DNA of 64,000 nt from Candidatus Spongiisociaceae bacterium (GCA_965219685.1 CBDCOH010000002.1:1632001-1696000); one strand, 5' to 3'. Counted from the stretch's first letter, positions 29,116 to 39,476 are shown. The notes: generated by a model not told the origin, from the letters alone. Numbers and translations: made by a program.

Positions 29116-29451
29116 CCCATCGACCCGTACGCCGGATCTGTCCCCGCTCCTGCACACCCGAACGTCGGGAAACCTGCCGGAGCGGGGACAGCGGCGCGGG
29201 CGGCCACCGTCCAGATGACAGGAGGGATGTCTCGCTATATACCGATCAATAGCCAGGCGGGTCGTTCCAAGCCATCCGACCGCAAGCGATCGCACCGAAC
29301 GCTCGGCGCGCGATAACGCGGAACACAGCTGCGACTCGCACAGATCAGTGTCTCCGGCCACGGGTCCTCCATCCTCTGTTTCGTCAGGGCTCCCTTGGCG
29401 GGAACATGGAACTCGGACGTTGACCGGGACCGCAAACGACCCGACCTAGCG

Positions 29452-29484
29452 CCAATCACCAATCACCAATCACCAATCACCAAT
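29452..29484. repeat. heptamer tandem repeat (CCAATCA)x4.7
   Basis: Read directly. Supplies the last codons and stop of the VOC gene. Confidence 0.96.
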
Positions 29485-29829
29485 AATGGCCAGGGTATGG
29501 CGGGGCTCGTAGATCATCACCTCGACGCCTCCGGGAAGAACTGCTGTGGCGGCGACCCCCCAGCCCGTTTCCACCGGCGGACCCGCGAACGCGAGACCCT
29601 TGGCGCGTAGCTCGGCCACAGTGGACCGGATATCGTCACACATGAACGAGATGGCGTGGCCGGTGGTCCCGTCGCTGGGATGGACACCGAGCTCGGCCGG
29701 CGGAAGGCGGAAGATCAGCCAGCCGTCTCCGCTGTCGACGTTCCCGAAGCCGAACACGTCGGCCAGGACCGAGCGCGCCTCTTCGGCTTGGGGGGTATAG
29801 ATGAGCAGATGGGTTCCGACAATGATCAT
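29470..29829 (-). CDS. VOC/glyoxalase-family protein
   Basis: GTHLLIY...GWLIFRLPPAELGVHP...ISFMCDDI...GWG...IYEPRH; GGAGG RBS. Confidence 0.85.
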   Translation of the reverse strand: MIIVGTHLLIYTPQAEEARSVLADVFGFGNVDSGDGWLIFRLPPAELGVHPSDGTTGHAISFMCDDIRSTVAELRAKGLAFAGPPVETGWGVAATAVLPGGVEVMIYEPRHTLAIIGDW

Positions 29830-30103
29830 CCGGACCTCCCGGAGTTCGATCACGCTGCTTGCTGTGGGTATGTGGATCGTACCGATCGCAAACTCGCGGT
29901 TCCGTACCCCCACTTGGACGCGTGTTTCCGAGCCATCCGACCGAACGATCGCACTGACCCATTGGTACACAACGATTCACAACACAGCCGTGATCCGAGA
30001 TGTCTGTCTCTGTTCCCCGGGTCCCTAGACCTTCGGTTTGTGAGGTTCCCCCCGTCGGCGCCTAGGTAAACCCGGACAGCCTTTCCAAGGCCGGAAACGA
30101 TGT

Positions 30104-30162
30104 GATCTAAAGCTAACCATCGAATACCACTACAAACTACCGACTAGCCTAGGAACTAATCA
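30104..30162 (+). promoter_or_regulatory. ~60-bp conserved upstream element, copy A
   Basis: GATCTAA-AGCTAACC-ATCGAATACCA-CTACAAACTACCGACTAGC-CTAGGAACTAATCA aligns with the reverse complement of 53655-53716. Confidence 0.65.
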
Positions 30163-30251
30163 GTTCGGCCTGTGGCTGCCGGGCCATCGGGTTAGGCTCA
30201 TCGGACGAGAGCACACCGGCAGGTGCCCGCCCAGTCCGGTCGGAGGAGTTG

Positions 30252-31304
30252 ATGGCGCATGTGATGACGGTCCGTGGCCCGGTCGACCCGTCCGAACTGG
30301 GCCCGACGATGACCCATGAGCACATTTTCCTGGACTTTCGCCATGCCTGGAGTCCGTCGGCTGAAATCCTCGATGCGGAGGCGGGCACGAGACCGTTCGA
30401 GACCCGGCTGGCGGGAGTGAGTCGCTGGAACCAGTCTGCCTACCGCAACAACCTGGTGCAGAGTCCCGAGCACGACTACGAGCTGATCTCCGAGGAGGTC
30501 GGCCAGTATGTGCGTGCCGGTGGCGGCGCCATCGTGGAGTTGACGGTGATCGGCCTCAACCCGGAGCCCGAGGCTCTCGCAAGGCTCTCGGAAGACCTGG
30601 GGGTGCACATCGTCGCCGGCGTCGGGTTCTACGTGGGTGCTCTGCACCCGCCATGGGTGGAAGGAATGAGCGTCACCGAACTGACCGACTTCCTCCGTAC
30701 GGAGGTCACGGACGGCATAGGGGGAACGTCGGTGCGGCCCGGGATCATCGGTGAGATCGGAACCTCCGAGACTCTGTTGGACGTCGAGGAACGGGTGCTG
30801 CGGGCATCCGCTCGGGTAGCGGTCGAGACCGGCACCCCTATCAACGTCCATTGCCACCCACCCCCCCTCGAGGTCGTGCAACGCATCCTCGACATCCTCG
30901 AGGAGGAGGGCCATCCTCTGGATCGAACCTCCCTGTCACACCTCGACGAGATCACGGACCTCGACTACCACCGCGCCGTGCTCGGTCGAGGCCCCCTGGT
31001 CGGGTTCGACAGCTTCGGCCAGGACGGATACTTCGAACCGACCTGGAAGTCGAAGAGCGACCAGGCGAAGCTCGAGACCATGCTCGCCCTGGTGGAGGCC
31101 GGTTTCGAGGACCAACTGCTGATGTCCCAGGACATGCACAAGAAGCACTACCTGCTCCGCTACGGCGGGCTCGGTTACAACCACGTGCTGGCCAGGGTCA
31201 TCCCTCGGATGAAGGTGACCTACGGCGCCGACGACGCCCTGGTCGAGAAACTGCTGGTCACCAACCCCGCCAGGTTACTGACGCGAGACCCGGATCCGGA
31301 ATAG
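30252..31304 (+). CDS. phosphotriesterase-family (PHP-like) metallohydrolase
   Basis: MTVRGP, LGPTMTHEH, GIIGEIG, NVH, SHLD, LMSQD, NPAR. Confidence 0.9.
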   Translation: MAHVMTVRGPVDPSELGPTMTHEHIFLDFRHAWSPSAEILDAEAGTRPFETRLAGVSRWNQSAYRNNLVQSPEHDYELISEEVGQYVRAGGGAIVELTVIGLNPEPEALARLSEDLGVHIVAGVGFYVGALHPPWVEGMSVTELTDFLRTEVTDGIGGTSVRPGIIGEIGTSETLLDVEERVLRASARVAVETGTPINVHCHPPPLEVVQRILDILEEEGHPLDRTSLSHLDEITDLDYHRAVLGRGPLVGFDSFGQDGYFEPTWKSKSDQAKLETMLALVEAGFEDQLLMSQDMHKKHYLLRYGGLGYNHVLARVIPRMKVTYGADDALVEKLLVTNPARLLTRDPDPE

Positions 31305-31406
31305 AGTCACACGGACGGGGACCCGAACCGGTTACCCACCGATCGCCTCTCGGGCGCTCGACCGGACCGTCGGGGGCCCGATGGCGGTGACGAGATCGGA
31401 GACTGC

Positions 31407-32999
31407 ATGATGCTGGTCGGATACGTGAGCGACGAGTTCTACGTCGCCATACCCAACGTCGAACTCGAATTCACGCAGGGGGATGTGTCCGTCGCATCCC
31501 GATCCCGGGCCTCCGGATCCGTCCACGCGACCCTCGAGCCGGGTCCCTACCGGGTGTACCTCAGCTGTGACGGGTACACACCGAAATGGGTCGACGTGGA
31601 GGTCCGCCCGGGCACGATCCACCACTTCCGGCTGCTCTCCGACACTCTCTGCGGCTACGTATGGCCCAAATGGACCAGATCGGGCGAGACCGGCCAGGTT
31701 CGGCTCCACTCACCACATGATTCGGTGGTGACCCTGTGGCGGTACGGGTGGGAGCGCGAGTTCGTCTCGAAACTGGGTCACTTCGACGACGAGCCACGCG
31801 GGGCGTACGCGCAGATCCTCCCGGACGGCGATGTCACCCAGTCCGGCGTGAAGTGGAGCGACCACGGTTACTCTTACCCGGAGGTCGACCCGCGGGTGTA
31901 CGTGGAAGCGCCCGAGCGATCCGGCCTGTACTACTTCCACGCCAAGGACGCGACGGGCGCCTTCTTCTCGTTCCCCTGGATCGTCGCCCCCCGGGAACCA
32001 AGCCACCGGCTCGCTGTCCTGGCGTCCAACATCAACTGGAACTGCTACAACCACTACGGAGGACGCAGCAACTACGTGTCCGCCATCTCCCTCTCTCCCC
32101 GACCGCACTTCAACTTCCGGCAGGAAGAGATCTACTACACGGATCCGGCGCTTCAGCCCTGGATAGCGGACGAGTACGACCCGCTGTCGTTCGACCGTCC
32201 CGAACCGCTCAACATGACGGAGGAGAACGGAAGGATCAACGACCCGATGGAGCGCCGCGGCGAGGAACACGTCGCTCCGGCCGAGTGGCGCCTGCTCGGG
32301 TGGCTCGAGCGGGAGCGATTCGGATACGACTACTACGCCGAGACCCAACTCCACTTCGGCGAGATGCCCCTAGAGGACTACGACGTTCTGATCATCAGCA
32401 CCCATCCCGAGTACTGGACGGCCAAGATGTACTACCAGGTCAAGTCGTGGGTGTTTGACGGGGGCGGCAAACTCATGGTCCTGGGCGGCAACAGCCTCAA
32501 CTGCGAGGTCGAGTTCCTGGACCCCACGACGATCACCGTCCGCAACAACGACCACCGCAAGCGACCCGCCGACTACGAGAGCCGGTTCGGGACGAGGCAC
32601 GAATCCGAAGCTCACCTGACCGGAGTGGTGACCACCCACACCGGCTACGAGACGGGCGCGCCGTACCGGGTGATCGACCCCTCGCACTGGGCGCTGGCGG
32701 GAACCGGCCTGGCCGAAGGGGAGATCTTCGGCACGGAGTCGTTGGACCGCCGAGCTCCCGGAGGAGCCTCCGGTCACGAGACCGACAAGCGGACCCCGTC
32801 TTCGCCGCCGGGGCTCCAACTCATCGCCAAGGGCACGAATCCGGACGATGGCGGCGCCGAGATGGTCTACCACGAAACGCACAGCGGCGGAGAGGTGTTC
32901 TCGGTCGGGTCGATCTCCTACACGTGCTCCATCGCCGTCGACGAGATGATCTCGAAGGTGACCCGCAATGTGCTGGAGCGGTTCCTCGGCTCCCCATAG
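31407..32999 (+). CDS. N,N-dimethylformamidase beta-subunit-like protein
   Basis: SGLYYFH, YNHYGGRSNY, LSFDRP, STHPEYWT, LGGN, ASGHETD, GGEVFSVGSI. Confidence 0.78.
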   Translation: MMLVGYVSDEFYVAIPNVELEFTQGDVSVASRSRASGSVHATLEPGPYRVYLSCDGYTPKWVDVEVRPGTIHHFRLLSDTLCGYVWPKWTRSGETGQVRLHSPHDSVVTLWRYGWEREFVSKLGHFDDEPRGAYAQILPDGDVTQSGVKWSDHGYSYPEVDPRVYVEAPERSGLYYFHAKDATGAFFSFPWIVAPREPSHRLAVLASNINWNCYNHYGGRSNYVSAISLSPRPHFNFRQEEIYYTDPALQPWIADEYDPLSFDRPEPLNMTEENGRINDPMERRGEEHVAPAEWRLLGWLERERFGYDYYAETQLHFGEMPLEDYDVLIISTHPEYWTAKMYYQVKSWVFDGGGKLMVLGGNSLNCEVEFLDPTTITVRNNDHRKRPADYESRFGTRHESEAHLTGVVTTHTGYETGAPYRVIDPSHWALAGTGLAEGEIFGTESLDRRAPGGASGHETDKRTPSSPPGLQLIAKGTNPDDGGAEMVYHETHSGGEVFSVGSISYTCSIAVDEMISKVTRNVLERFLGSP

Positions 33000-33359
33000 G
33001 CTCCCTCGGAGAGCCCTGGCCGGCATCGCGAGAAGGGATGCAGCGCGGACACCCTCGCACCCCCGTCTATCCGAGTCGGCACCCTCGGGCGACCAGAACG
33101 CGAAAAACCTCCCGACGGACCACTCCTGCGGGCCCACCCCCACCGCCACCTCCGAGTCCCCCCGGGCGCGTTCCTCCAAGCCCTGAAGAGCCCGGTTCAT
33201 TCAAAGATGATCCCTGTGCCGGTCTGCCGGACGTCCTAGGCAGACCGCTGGTGCATGCGGCTATCCAACACTATGCACGACTGTGTGACATGGTCAACCC
33301 CTCTGTTTCCGGAAGGCTCCGGTTCCAGCGAGCGGCAGCGCCGGCGACCGACCGTTAAC

Positions 33360-34253
33360 TCAGGACTCCCACTCGGGGAACGGTTGCTTCCAGTTCTCGT
33401 AGATGATCATGTCCTGGATCTCGGTGGGGATGGTGGGAAGCTTCGTGCCCTCCACGATGTCGTTGACTCGCCTGAGCCCGTTGATCACGTTGGTGATCGT
33501 CCCCGACGGGTAGTCGGAGGCCAGCAAGAGCTTGTGGTCGACCCCGTACTCCATGGCGGTGACCATCGCCTGCCAGTATCGCCATGGCCGGTAGTGCACA
33601 GCCGATATGTCGGCGTACATGTTGGGCGACTTGCGGATCAGCGCGACCATGTCCTCCTCCCAAGGATGCCCCAGATGGGCGATGATCATCCTCAGGTCGG
33701 GAAACTCCATCGCCACGTCCTCCAGTTGGAGAGGCAGCGCCCAGCGCAGCCGGGCACGGCTGGGGAACGTGGTGCCCTGATGCCAGATGATCGGGATGCC
33801 GTATCCGGAGCACTTGCGGAAGAAGTCCCAGTAGGCGCGGTCGGTGGGGTCGAAGTGCTGGTAGGTGGGTCCGAGCTTCAGACCGCGCAGGCCGAGATCC
33901 TCGACGCAGTGGGTCAACTGGTCGATCGCATCGGGTGCCGTGGGGTTCACGGACGCCCACCCGATCAGCTTTTCCGGATGCGTCGCCACATATTCCGCTA
34001 TCAGGCGGTTGGGAACGACGATTCCCGTGGGTTCGGCCTGAATCCCGAAAACCACCACCTTGTCCGCCAGCGCCGAAGCCTCCCAATGGTCCGCAGGCCG
34101 TGAATCGTACGAGTGCAGGTCGAGATGAGCGCTGTGCACCTCTCCCCCGGATTGCTTCATCTTGACCAGCTTGGACGCCAGCGCTTCCTGGGCCGCTTCC
34201 TCGGACCAGTGATCCGGGTACCAGCCTATGTGGGTGTGGACATCGACGATCAC
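33360..34253 (-). CDS. amidohydrolase_2-family protein
   Basis: VDVHTH, LRGLKLGP, WHQG, IAHLGHPW, YADIS, ASDYP. Confidence 0.9.
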   Translation of the reverse strand: MIVDVHTHIGWYPDHWSEEAAQEALASKLVKMKQSGGEVHSAHLDLHSYDSRPADHWEASALADKVVVFGIQAEPTGIVVPNRLIAEYVATHPEKLIGWASVNPTAPDAIDQLTHCVEDLGLRGLKLGPTYQHFDPTDRAYWDFFRKCSGYGIPIIWHQGTTFPSRARLRWALPLQLEDVAMEFPDLRMIIAHLGHPWEEDMVALIRKSPNMYADISAVHYRPWRYWQAMVTAMEYGVDHKLLLASDYPSGTITNVINGLRRVNDIVEGTKLPTIPTEIQDMIIYENWKQPFPEWES

Positions 34254-34339
34254 AGGTGTATCTCCTCTCGTGGCCGGCCACGGTCCGTGCGGTCGACCGG
34301 ATGGGACCTCGCAGGAGTCATGGTGCTGTCACGCGACCG

Positions 34340-35335
34340 TTACCGGGAGACATCCACCGGCTCGCCGCTCCGAACCGACTCGTCCAACGCCAGCGCGACT
34401 TCCAGCGCGGCGCGGGCGTCCTCCAGAGACACCGGCCAATCATGGCTGCCCCGTACCCAGCCCAGGAAATGGCGATCCTCGATCGACACCGAACCCGCCA
34501 TCGTGCCTCCCACGTCGAACAACCCGTGGGTCCTGAGCCATCGGGTCTCGCCGAGCGAGTAGACCCTGGTCACCGGGTCGCGCATCTCGACGTATCCCGC
34601 TCCCCGGGTACCGAAGACGGCCAGCCGGTAGTCTCCCGCCAGCCCCGACCGGCGGCTCATGACCCAGTTGAACTCCAGCACGCCGACTGCTCCACTCCTA
34701 AACCTCAGGGTCGCGACGACCGCATCGACCGTTCCCTCGCCCAGAGACGAGGTGGAAGCCGGCATGGCGTAGACCCGGTCGATGTCCCCGGCAAGCCAGC
34801 GGAGCAGGTCGATGTCATGGACGCCGACCTCCACCGGCAGGGTCGTCCGGTGTGCCAGCAGGCGTCCCTCGAACGCCGGAACGTTGCGGCGGGCGCTCAT
34901 GCTCACCGGATCACCGATCTCCCCTCCGTGCACGCTCCTGGCGAGTGCCACGTAGTCGGGCTCGAAACGCATCGTGTGTCCTACCGCCAAGCGACCACCC
35001 GTTCGTCGGGTGATTCCGATGATCGCATCGGCGTCGTCGAGGTCATGGGCGATCGGCTTCTCGCAGAACACCGGAAGGCCTGCATCGAGGCAGCGCTCCA
35101 CCACCCGAAGGTGCTGCTCCTGCGGGGTGCATACGAAGACCGCTTCGACTTTCCGGGTCGCCAACAATCGGTCCAGATCGGCGAAGAAGCTCACACCGGT
35201 AGGCAACCTACTCTCCACATCGGGATCCAGGTCGCAACATGCCACGAGTTCCGCCTCGGGAACGGCGTCCAGCACCTGGACATGGACCGAGCCCATCATC
35301 CCGACACCCACCACCGCACAGCGGACGGGCTCCAC
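34340..35335 (-). CDS. Gfo/Idh/MocA-family oxidoreductase
   Basis: VVGVGMMG, CEKP, GHTMRF, HDIDL. AGGAGG before GTG 35335. Confidence 0.9.
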   Translation of the reverse strand: MEPVRCAVVGVGMMGSVHVQVLDAVPEAELVACCDLDPDVESRLPTGVSFFADLDRLLATRKVEAVFVCTPQEQHLRVVERCLDAGLPVFCEKPIAHDLDDADAIIGITRRTGGRLAVGHTMRFEPDYVALARSVHGGEIGDPVSMSARRNVPAFEGRLLAHRTTLPVEVGVHDIDLLRWLAGDIDRVYAMPASTSSLGEGTVDAVVATLRFRSGAVGVLEFNWVMSRRSGLAGDYRLAVFGTRGAGYVEMRDPVTRVYSLGETRWLRTHGLFDVGGTMAGSVSIEDRHFLGWVRGSHDWPVSLEDARAALEVALALDESVRSGEPVDVSR

Positions 35336-35418
35336 GTGCACCCTCCTTCCCGCAGATCCACTCGCAGACATCACGCCATCGGCCGTCCGGACCGGTGCTG
35401 GCTGGGCCGGCCTCCCGG

Positions 35419-35447
35419 TTGACGCCACCAGGCAATTATCCAATAAT
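35419..35447 (+). promoter_or_regulatory. sigma70-type promoter TTGACG-N17-AATAAT
   Basis: Canonical spacing, 50 nt upstream of ATG 35497, followed by an operator-like palindrome. Confidence 0.55.
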
Positions 35448-35461
35448 CATGCCACGCAACG

Positions 35462-35482
35462 GTGTTGCGATGGGCGCAACAC
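35462..35482. promoter_or_regulatory. palindrome GTGTTGCG-ATGGG-CGCAACAC, candidate IclR operator
   Basis: Same GTTGCG-N5-CGCAAC core as 42721-42739. Confidence 0.72.
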
Positions 35483-35496
35483 ACGGGGAGGGTTGG

Positions 35497-36420
35497 ATGA
35501 GGGTACAGGAAGCGCTCCGCCGGCAGGGGCTCCCGTCGGCCGGGACCCCGGCAGGCAGCGACCGCCGTTTCCCCGACGGCGCCGAGTTCCGGATCGAGAT
35601 CCCGAGCGTCGAGGGCCCCAGGGTGCTGGAAGCCGTTCTTGAACAGGCGGGTCGCTACGACCTGACCGTTAACCGAATCTCGCAGGGCAGCGGGGGGATG
35701 CTGCTCGAGGAGGGCGAGCTCAGGGAGATGGCCGCCATCGGCGCCGGGGCAGGGCTCGAGGTGTGCCTCTTCACCGGCCCCAAAGCCGGCTACGACGTCG
35801 GCGCGTTCAGCCGGTCGGCCGACGGGCGCAGCCAGTTCGCCCAGATAAGAGGCATGCGCCAGCTTCGCTACGCGGTGGCGGACATCGTCAGGGCTACCGA
35901 AGCCGGGATCCGTAGTTTTCTCGTGGGCGATCTCGGGCTGCTGGCGGTTCTCACCCGGATGCAGGAAGAGGGCGACCTCCCGAGCGCGACCGTGTGGAAG
36001 ATATCCGCCTACATGGGTGTTTCGAATCCCGCCTCCATCCGGCTCCTGGAGGATATGGGCGCCGGGTCCGTCAACATTCCGGCTGACGTGACACTGGAGC
36101 AACTCTGGGAGATCCGGTCCTCCGCATCCATCCCGATCGACCTGTACTTGGAGACGCCCGACAGTATGGGACCGGTCGTCCGAGGACACGAGATAGCCGA
36201 CTTCGTAGCGGTCGGGGCGCCGCTCCATGCGAAGATGGGTCTCGCCAACGCGGGCGGGGTCTACCCTTCCGGTGGCCAGACCCTGGACACCGCGATTGCC
36301 AACGCCCGTGAGAAGGTGCGCAGGGCAGCCATCGCGCTGGAATGGCTGCAGCGGGAGCGACCGGCCTCGGTGCAGTCGAAGCCGCACGCCGCGGGACTCG
36401 GCGTGCCTGTCTCCCCGTAG
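35497..36420 (+). CDS. uncharacterised protein resembling those annotated 'U32-family peptidase-like'
   Basis: RFPDGAEFRIEIPSVEGP...RISQGSG...GIRSFLVGDLG...PIDLYLE. Function unknown. Confidence 0.65.
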   Translation: MRVQEALRRQGLPSAGTPAGSDRRFPDGAEFRIEIPSVEGPRVLEAVLEQAGRYDLTVNRISQGSGGMLLEEGELREMAAIGAGAGLEVCLFTGPKAGYDVGAFSRSADGRSQFAQIRGMRQLRYAVADIVRATEAGIRSFLVGDLGLLAVLTRMQEEGDLPSATVWKISAYMGVSNPASIRLLEDMGAGSVNIPADVTLEQLWEIRSSASIPIDLYLETPDSMGPVVRGHEIADFVAVGAPLHAKMGLANAGGVYPSGGQTLDTAIANAREKVRRAAIALEWLQRERPASVQSKPHAAGLGVPVSP

Positions 36421-36615
36421 GTGGGACGAAGAACCCGGACCGGACCGGTGGTGCATGAACGACTTGCCGATCACCGGCGGCCGCCTCTCATCACCACGGT
36501 TCCTGAACACGCTCCTAGGATCACCCTGCAACAGTCGGAAAACTGCGCCGGTCTCGGTGAACCCAGGGTCCCGGTCCGGCCTCCGGCTTGAAGGCAGCGC
36601 GAGGATGACCCCTTG

Positions 36616-37380
36616 ATGCGAATCCTGTTCGCCGAGTTGACCCGCGAGGAATCGCGCACCATCGCGAGCGACGGCGTGCTCATCCTGCCGGTGGGCGCAA
36701 CCGAACAGCACGGGCCCCATCTGCCGGTCGGAACCGATTCGATGGGTGCCGAGTACGTGGCCCGCGCCGCCGCCGCGGCCTTGGGTGACCGGTTCCCGGT
36801 AGCCGTCGCCCCGACGCTCTGGTACGGGTCGTCTCCGCACCACCTTCCATTCGGGGGGACGATGTCCCTGGATGCCGGCACGTTCCTGGCTGTGTTGATG
36901 GACCTGGGGCGCTCGCTGGCCCGGGCCGCATTCCGGCGGCTGTTCATCGTCAACGGCCACGGGGGCAACCACGAACTGATCGGGATCGCCGCCCGCGACC
37001 TCGCGCTCGAGGAAGGAATCGAGGTCGCGGCCTGCTCGTGGTGGGCCATGGCGCACCAGGACCTGGCCTCGGCCGGGGCGGCCGAAATCGGGCGCCTGCC
37101 CGGTCACGCCGGCGCCTTCGAATCGTCCGTCGTCCTGGCCCTGGACGCCGCGCTGGTCAGGGAGCCACGGCCGCACCGTCCCGAATGGTCGTCGCCCCTC
37201 GTCGGCACAGTCGACGCTCCGGTACGGATCGAACGGCCGGGGAGTTGGGAAGCGACCGATGGTTTCACCGACAGTCCCTCGAGAGGCACAGCGGAGTTAG
37301 GACGCACTTTTCTCGAGATCGGAGTCGACAGATTGACCGAAGCGGTGGCCGCCTTCTACAAGGGGTCCGTAACAGATTGA
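36616..37380 (+). CDS. creatininase-family cyclic amidohydrolase
   Basis: LPVGATEQHGPHLPVGTD, NGHGGN, HAGAFES. Confidence 0.92.
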   Translation: MRILFAELTREESRTIASDGVLILPVGATEQHGPHLPVGTDSMGAEYVARAAAAALGDRFPVAVAPTLWYGSSPHHLPFGGTMSLDAGTFLAVLMDLGRSLARAAFRRLFIVNGHGGNHELIGIAARDLALEEGIEVAACSWWAMAHQDLASAGAAEIGRLPGHAGAFESSVVLALDAALVREPRPHRPEWSSPLVGTVDAPVRIERPGSWEATDGFTDSPSRGTAELGRTFLEIGVDRLTEAVAAFYKGSVTD

Positions 37381-37426
37381 GACCCTGCCCGGAACCACAC
37401 AACGCTCGAAGAGAAAGGGAGCACGA

Positions 37427-38599
37427 ATGACAGAACTGTTCGAGCGGGTCGCGAACGCCATCGACACCCGGCGGGTGGTCGAACTGGCCCGCGCGCTGTG
37501 CAGTGTCCCGTCGGATGATCCGCAAGCCGAGGGACCGCGGGCCGAGATCATCGCGGACGCCCTGGAATGCGCAGGTGTCGATGTTCATATCGCCGATGTC
37601 GTGGAAGGACGCCCGAACGTGATCGCCCGTGTCCCGGGAGAGGGCAGGCGAGCGCCACTCGTGCTGCAGGGGCACATCGACGCCGGGGTCTACCCGACCG
37701 GATGGACCCACGACCCGCACGATCCTTGGGAGAACGGCAACCGGATGTACGGCGGCGGGATCACCGACATGCTCGGGGCGGTAGCGGCGATGGTGGCGGC
37801 TGTCGAAGCGGCCCCCGCTTTCGGACCCCTGCCGGGCGATCTGATCCTGCACGCCACCATGTATCACGACGGCATGGGACTCGGCTCGAAGTACGCCCTG
37901 ATGACCGAGGGCCCCACGGAGGGCTACGGGATCTGCGGGGAGCCGTCCGATCTGAACATCCACACGGGCAACGGCGGGGCGTTCAAGTTCGAGGTCACCC
38001 TCACCGGGTCGCCCGCGCACGTGTCGCGGTCGGAGTCGGCCGTGGACACCCTCCGCCCGGCGACGGCGGTCTACCAGAAGCTCGTGGACCACGAATTCGG
38101 TCACCGGCCCGAACCCCGCCTCCCCGACCTGCCCCGCCTGCTGATCGGGGAGCTCAAGGCGGGCAGCTCACCGGCCGCCGTAGCGGAGTCGGCGACCATC
38201 CGAGGCGATCTCCGGTATGTCCCCGGGATGGACCGGACCACGGTCAGGCAGGAGATCGTTGACATCGTCGACAGCGTGGTACCGGACGACGTGGGCCGTC
38301 GGGTACGGATCATCGGTATGCACCAGCCCTTCCTCGGAGCCACCTCGGGCCCTCTGGTCGATGCCATATCGGCCGCGCAGAGCGCCATCGTCGGCCATCC
38401 TCCGCGCGTGACCAACGAGTTGCCCGGCCAGGCCTTCGTCACCGACGCGGCAGACCTGGTGGCAGCCGGACTGGAGACCGTCGTCTACGGCGTCGGCGCC
38501 TGGTACTACGCCGCGGACGAGTGGGTCTGGATCGACCATCTGGCCGGGTCTGCTCGTGTGTACCTGGCCGTGGCGGCGATGCTGGGCGCTGATTCGTGA
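37427..38599 (+). CDS. M20 (ArgE/DapE-like) family protein with atypical metal ligands
   Basis: GRPNVIA, GHID, TDM, GEPS, G.PAH, TDA, DEWV. The EE motif and the terminal His are missing. Confidence 0.82.
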   Translation: MTELFERVANAIDTRRVVELARALCSVPSDDPQAEGPRAEIIADALECAGVDVHIADVVEGRPNVIARVPGEGRRAPLVLQGHIDAGVYPTGWTHDPHDPWENGNRMYGGGITDMLGAVAAMVAAVEAAPAFGPLPGDLILHATMYHDGMGLGSKYALMTEGPTEGYGICGEPSDLNIHTGNGGAFKFEVTLTGSPAHVSRSESAVDTLRPATAVYQKLVDHEFGHRPEPRLPDLPRLLIGELKAGSSPAAVAESATIRGDLRYVPGMDRTTVRQEIVDIVDSVVPDDVGRRVRIIGMHQPFLGATSGPLVDAISAAQSAIVGHPPRVTNELPGQAFVTDAADLVAAGLETVVYGVGAWYYAADEWVWIDHLAGSARVYLAVAAMLGADS

Positions 38600-38636
38600 C
38601 CGCCGAGGGCGGCACGTTGCTTGAGGTCCGGCCGGG

Positions 38637-39476
38637 ATGATTGTCGACGCCCATACCCATGTCGGTTCCCGCGAGCACTTCAGCCCCCGCTTCGTGGCCG
38701 AGATGATCCGAGCCTGGGGCGAGATGAATTGGCCCGAGGACGATCTGGCCGCGCACCGGGAGGCGATGGAACAGGTCGACCGGGCGATCGTGGTGGCAAT
38801 GGACGCGCCAGCGGTCGGGATGGTGGTGCCGGACCGGTACGTCAGCGAGTACGTGGCGTCTCGACCCGACAAGCTGATCGGCTTCGCGAGCGTCGACCCC
38901 AACCGGCCCGACGCCCTCGAGAGGCTGACCTTCGCCGCCGAGGAACTCGGTCTCAGGGGCCTCAAGGTAGGACCCATCTACCAGCACTTCGATCCGAACT
39001 CGCCGCCGGCGACCGCCCTGTTCCGGCGTGCCGAGCAACTCGGGCTGCCCGTGCTCTGCCACCAGGGCACCACGTTCGTCTCGGACGCTCCGCTGCGCTG
39101 GGCCAGGCCTTTCCTAATGGATGACGTCGCCCGTGCGTGCCCGGACCTGCGGCTGTTCATCGCCCACCTCGGACACCCCTGGTGCGAGGAAACCATGGCG
39201 GTCATACGCAAGCACCCCAACCTGTACGCCGACGTGTCAGCACTTCACACGCGACCTGTTCAGTTGTACATGGCGCTGCGTTCAGCCATCGAGTACAGGG
39301 TCACGGACAAGCTCCTGTTCGGGACCGACTTCCCGTTCGCCACTGCCCAACAGACCGCGGATGCGCTGCGATCCGTCAACGAGTCGGTCGGCGCTGGGTG
39401 GCCCCCGATACCGGATGAGACCATCGAGCGAATCATCCGGAGCCCGGCGCTGCAGATGCTCGGGCTGGAGGGCTAG
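38637..39476 (+). CDS. amidohydrolase_2-family protein, paralogue of 33360..34253
   Basis: VDAHTH, LRGLKVGPIYQHFDP, HQGTTF, IAHLGHPW, GTDFP. Confidence 0.9.
   Translation: MIVDAHTHVGSREHFSPRFVAEMIRAWGEMNWPEDDLAAHREAMEQVDRAIVVAMDAPAVGMVVPDRYVSEYVASRPDKLIGFASVDPNRPDALERLTFAAEELGLRGLKVGPIYQHFDPNSPPATALFRRAEQLGLPVLCHQGTTFVSDAPLRWARPFLMDDVARACPDLRLFIAHLGHPWCEETMAVIRKHPNLYADVSALHTRPVQLYMALRSAIEYRVTDKLLFGTDFPFATAQQTADALRSVNESVGAGWPPIPDETIERIIRSPALQMLGLEG

Noticed and set aside
35371-37176. 601-aa minus-strand ORF
   Set aside because: Antisense to the U32-like and creatininase genes; a typical high-GC shadow ORF.
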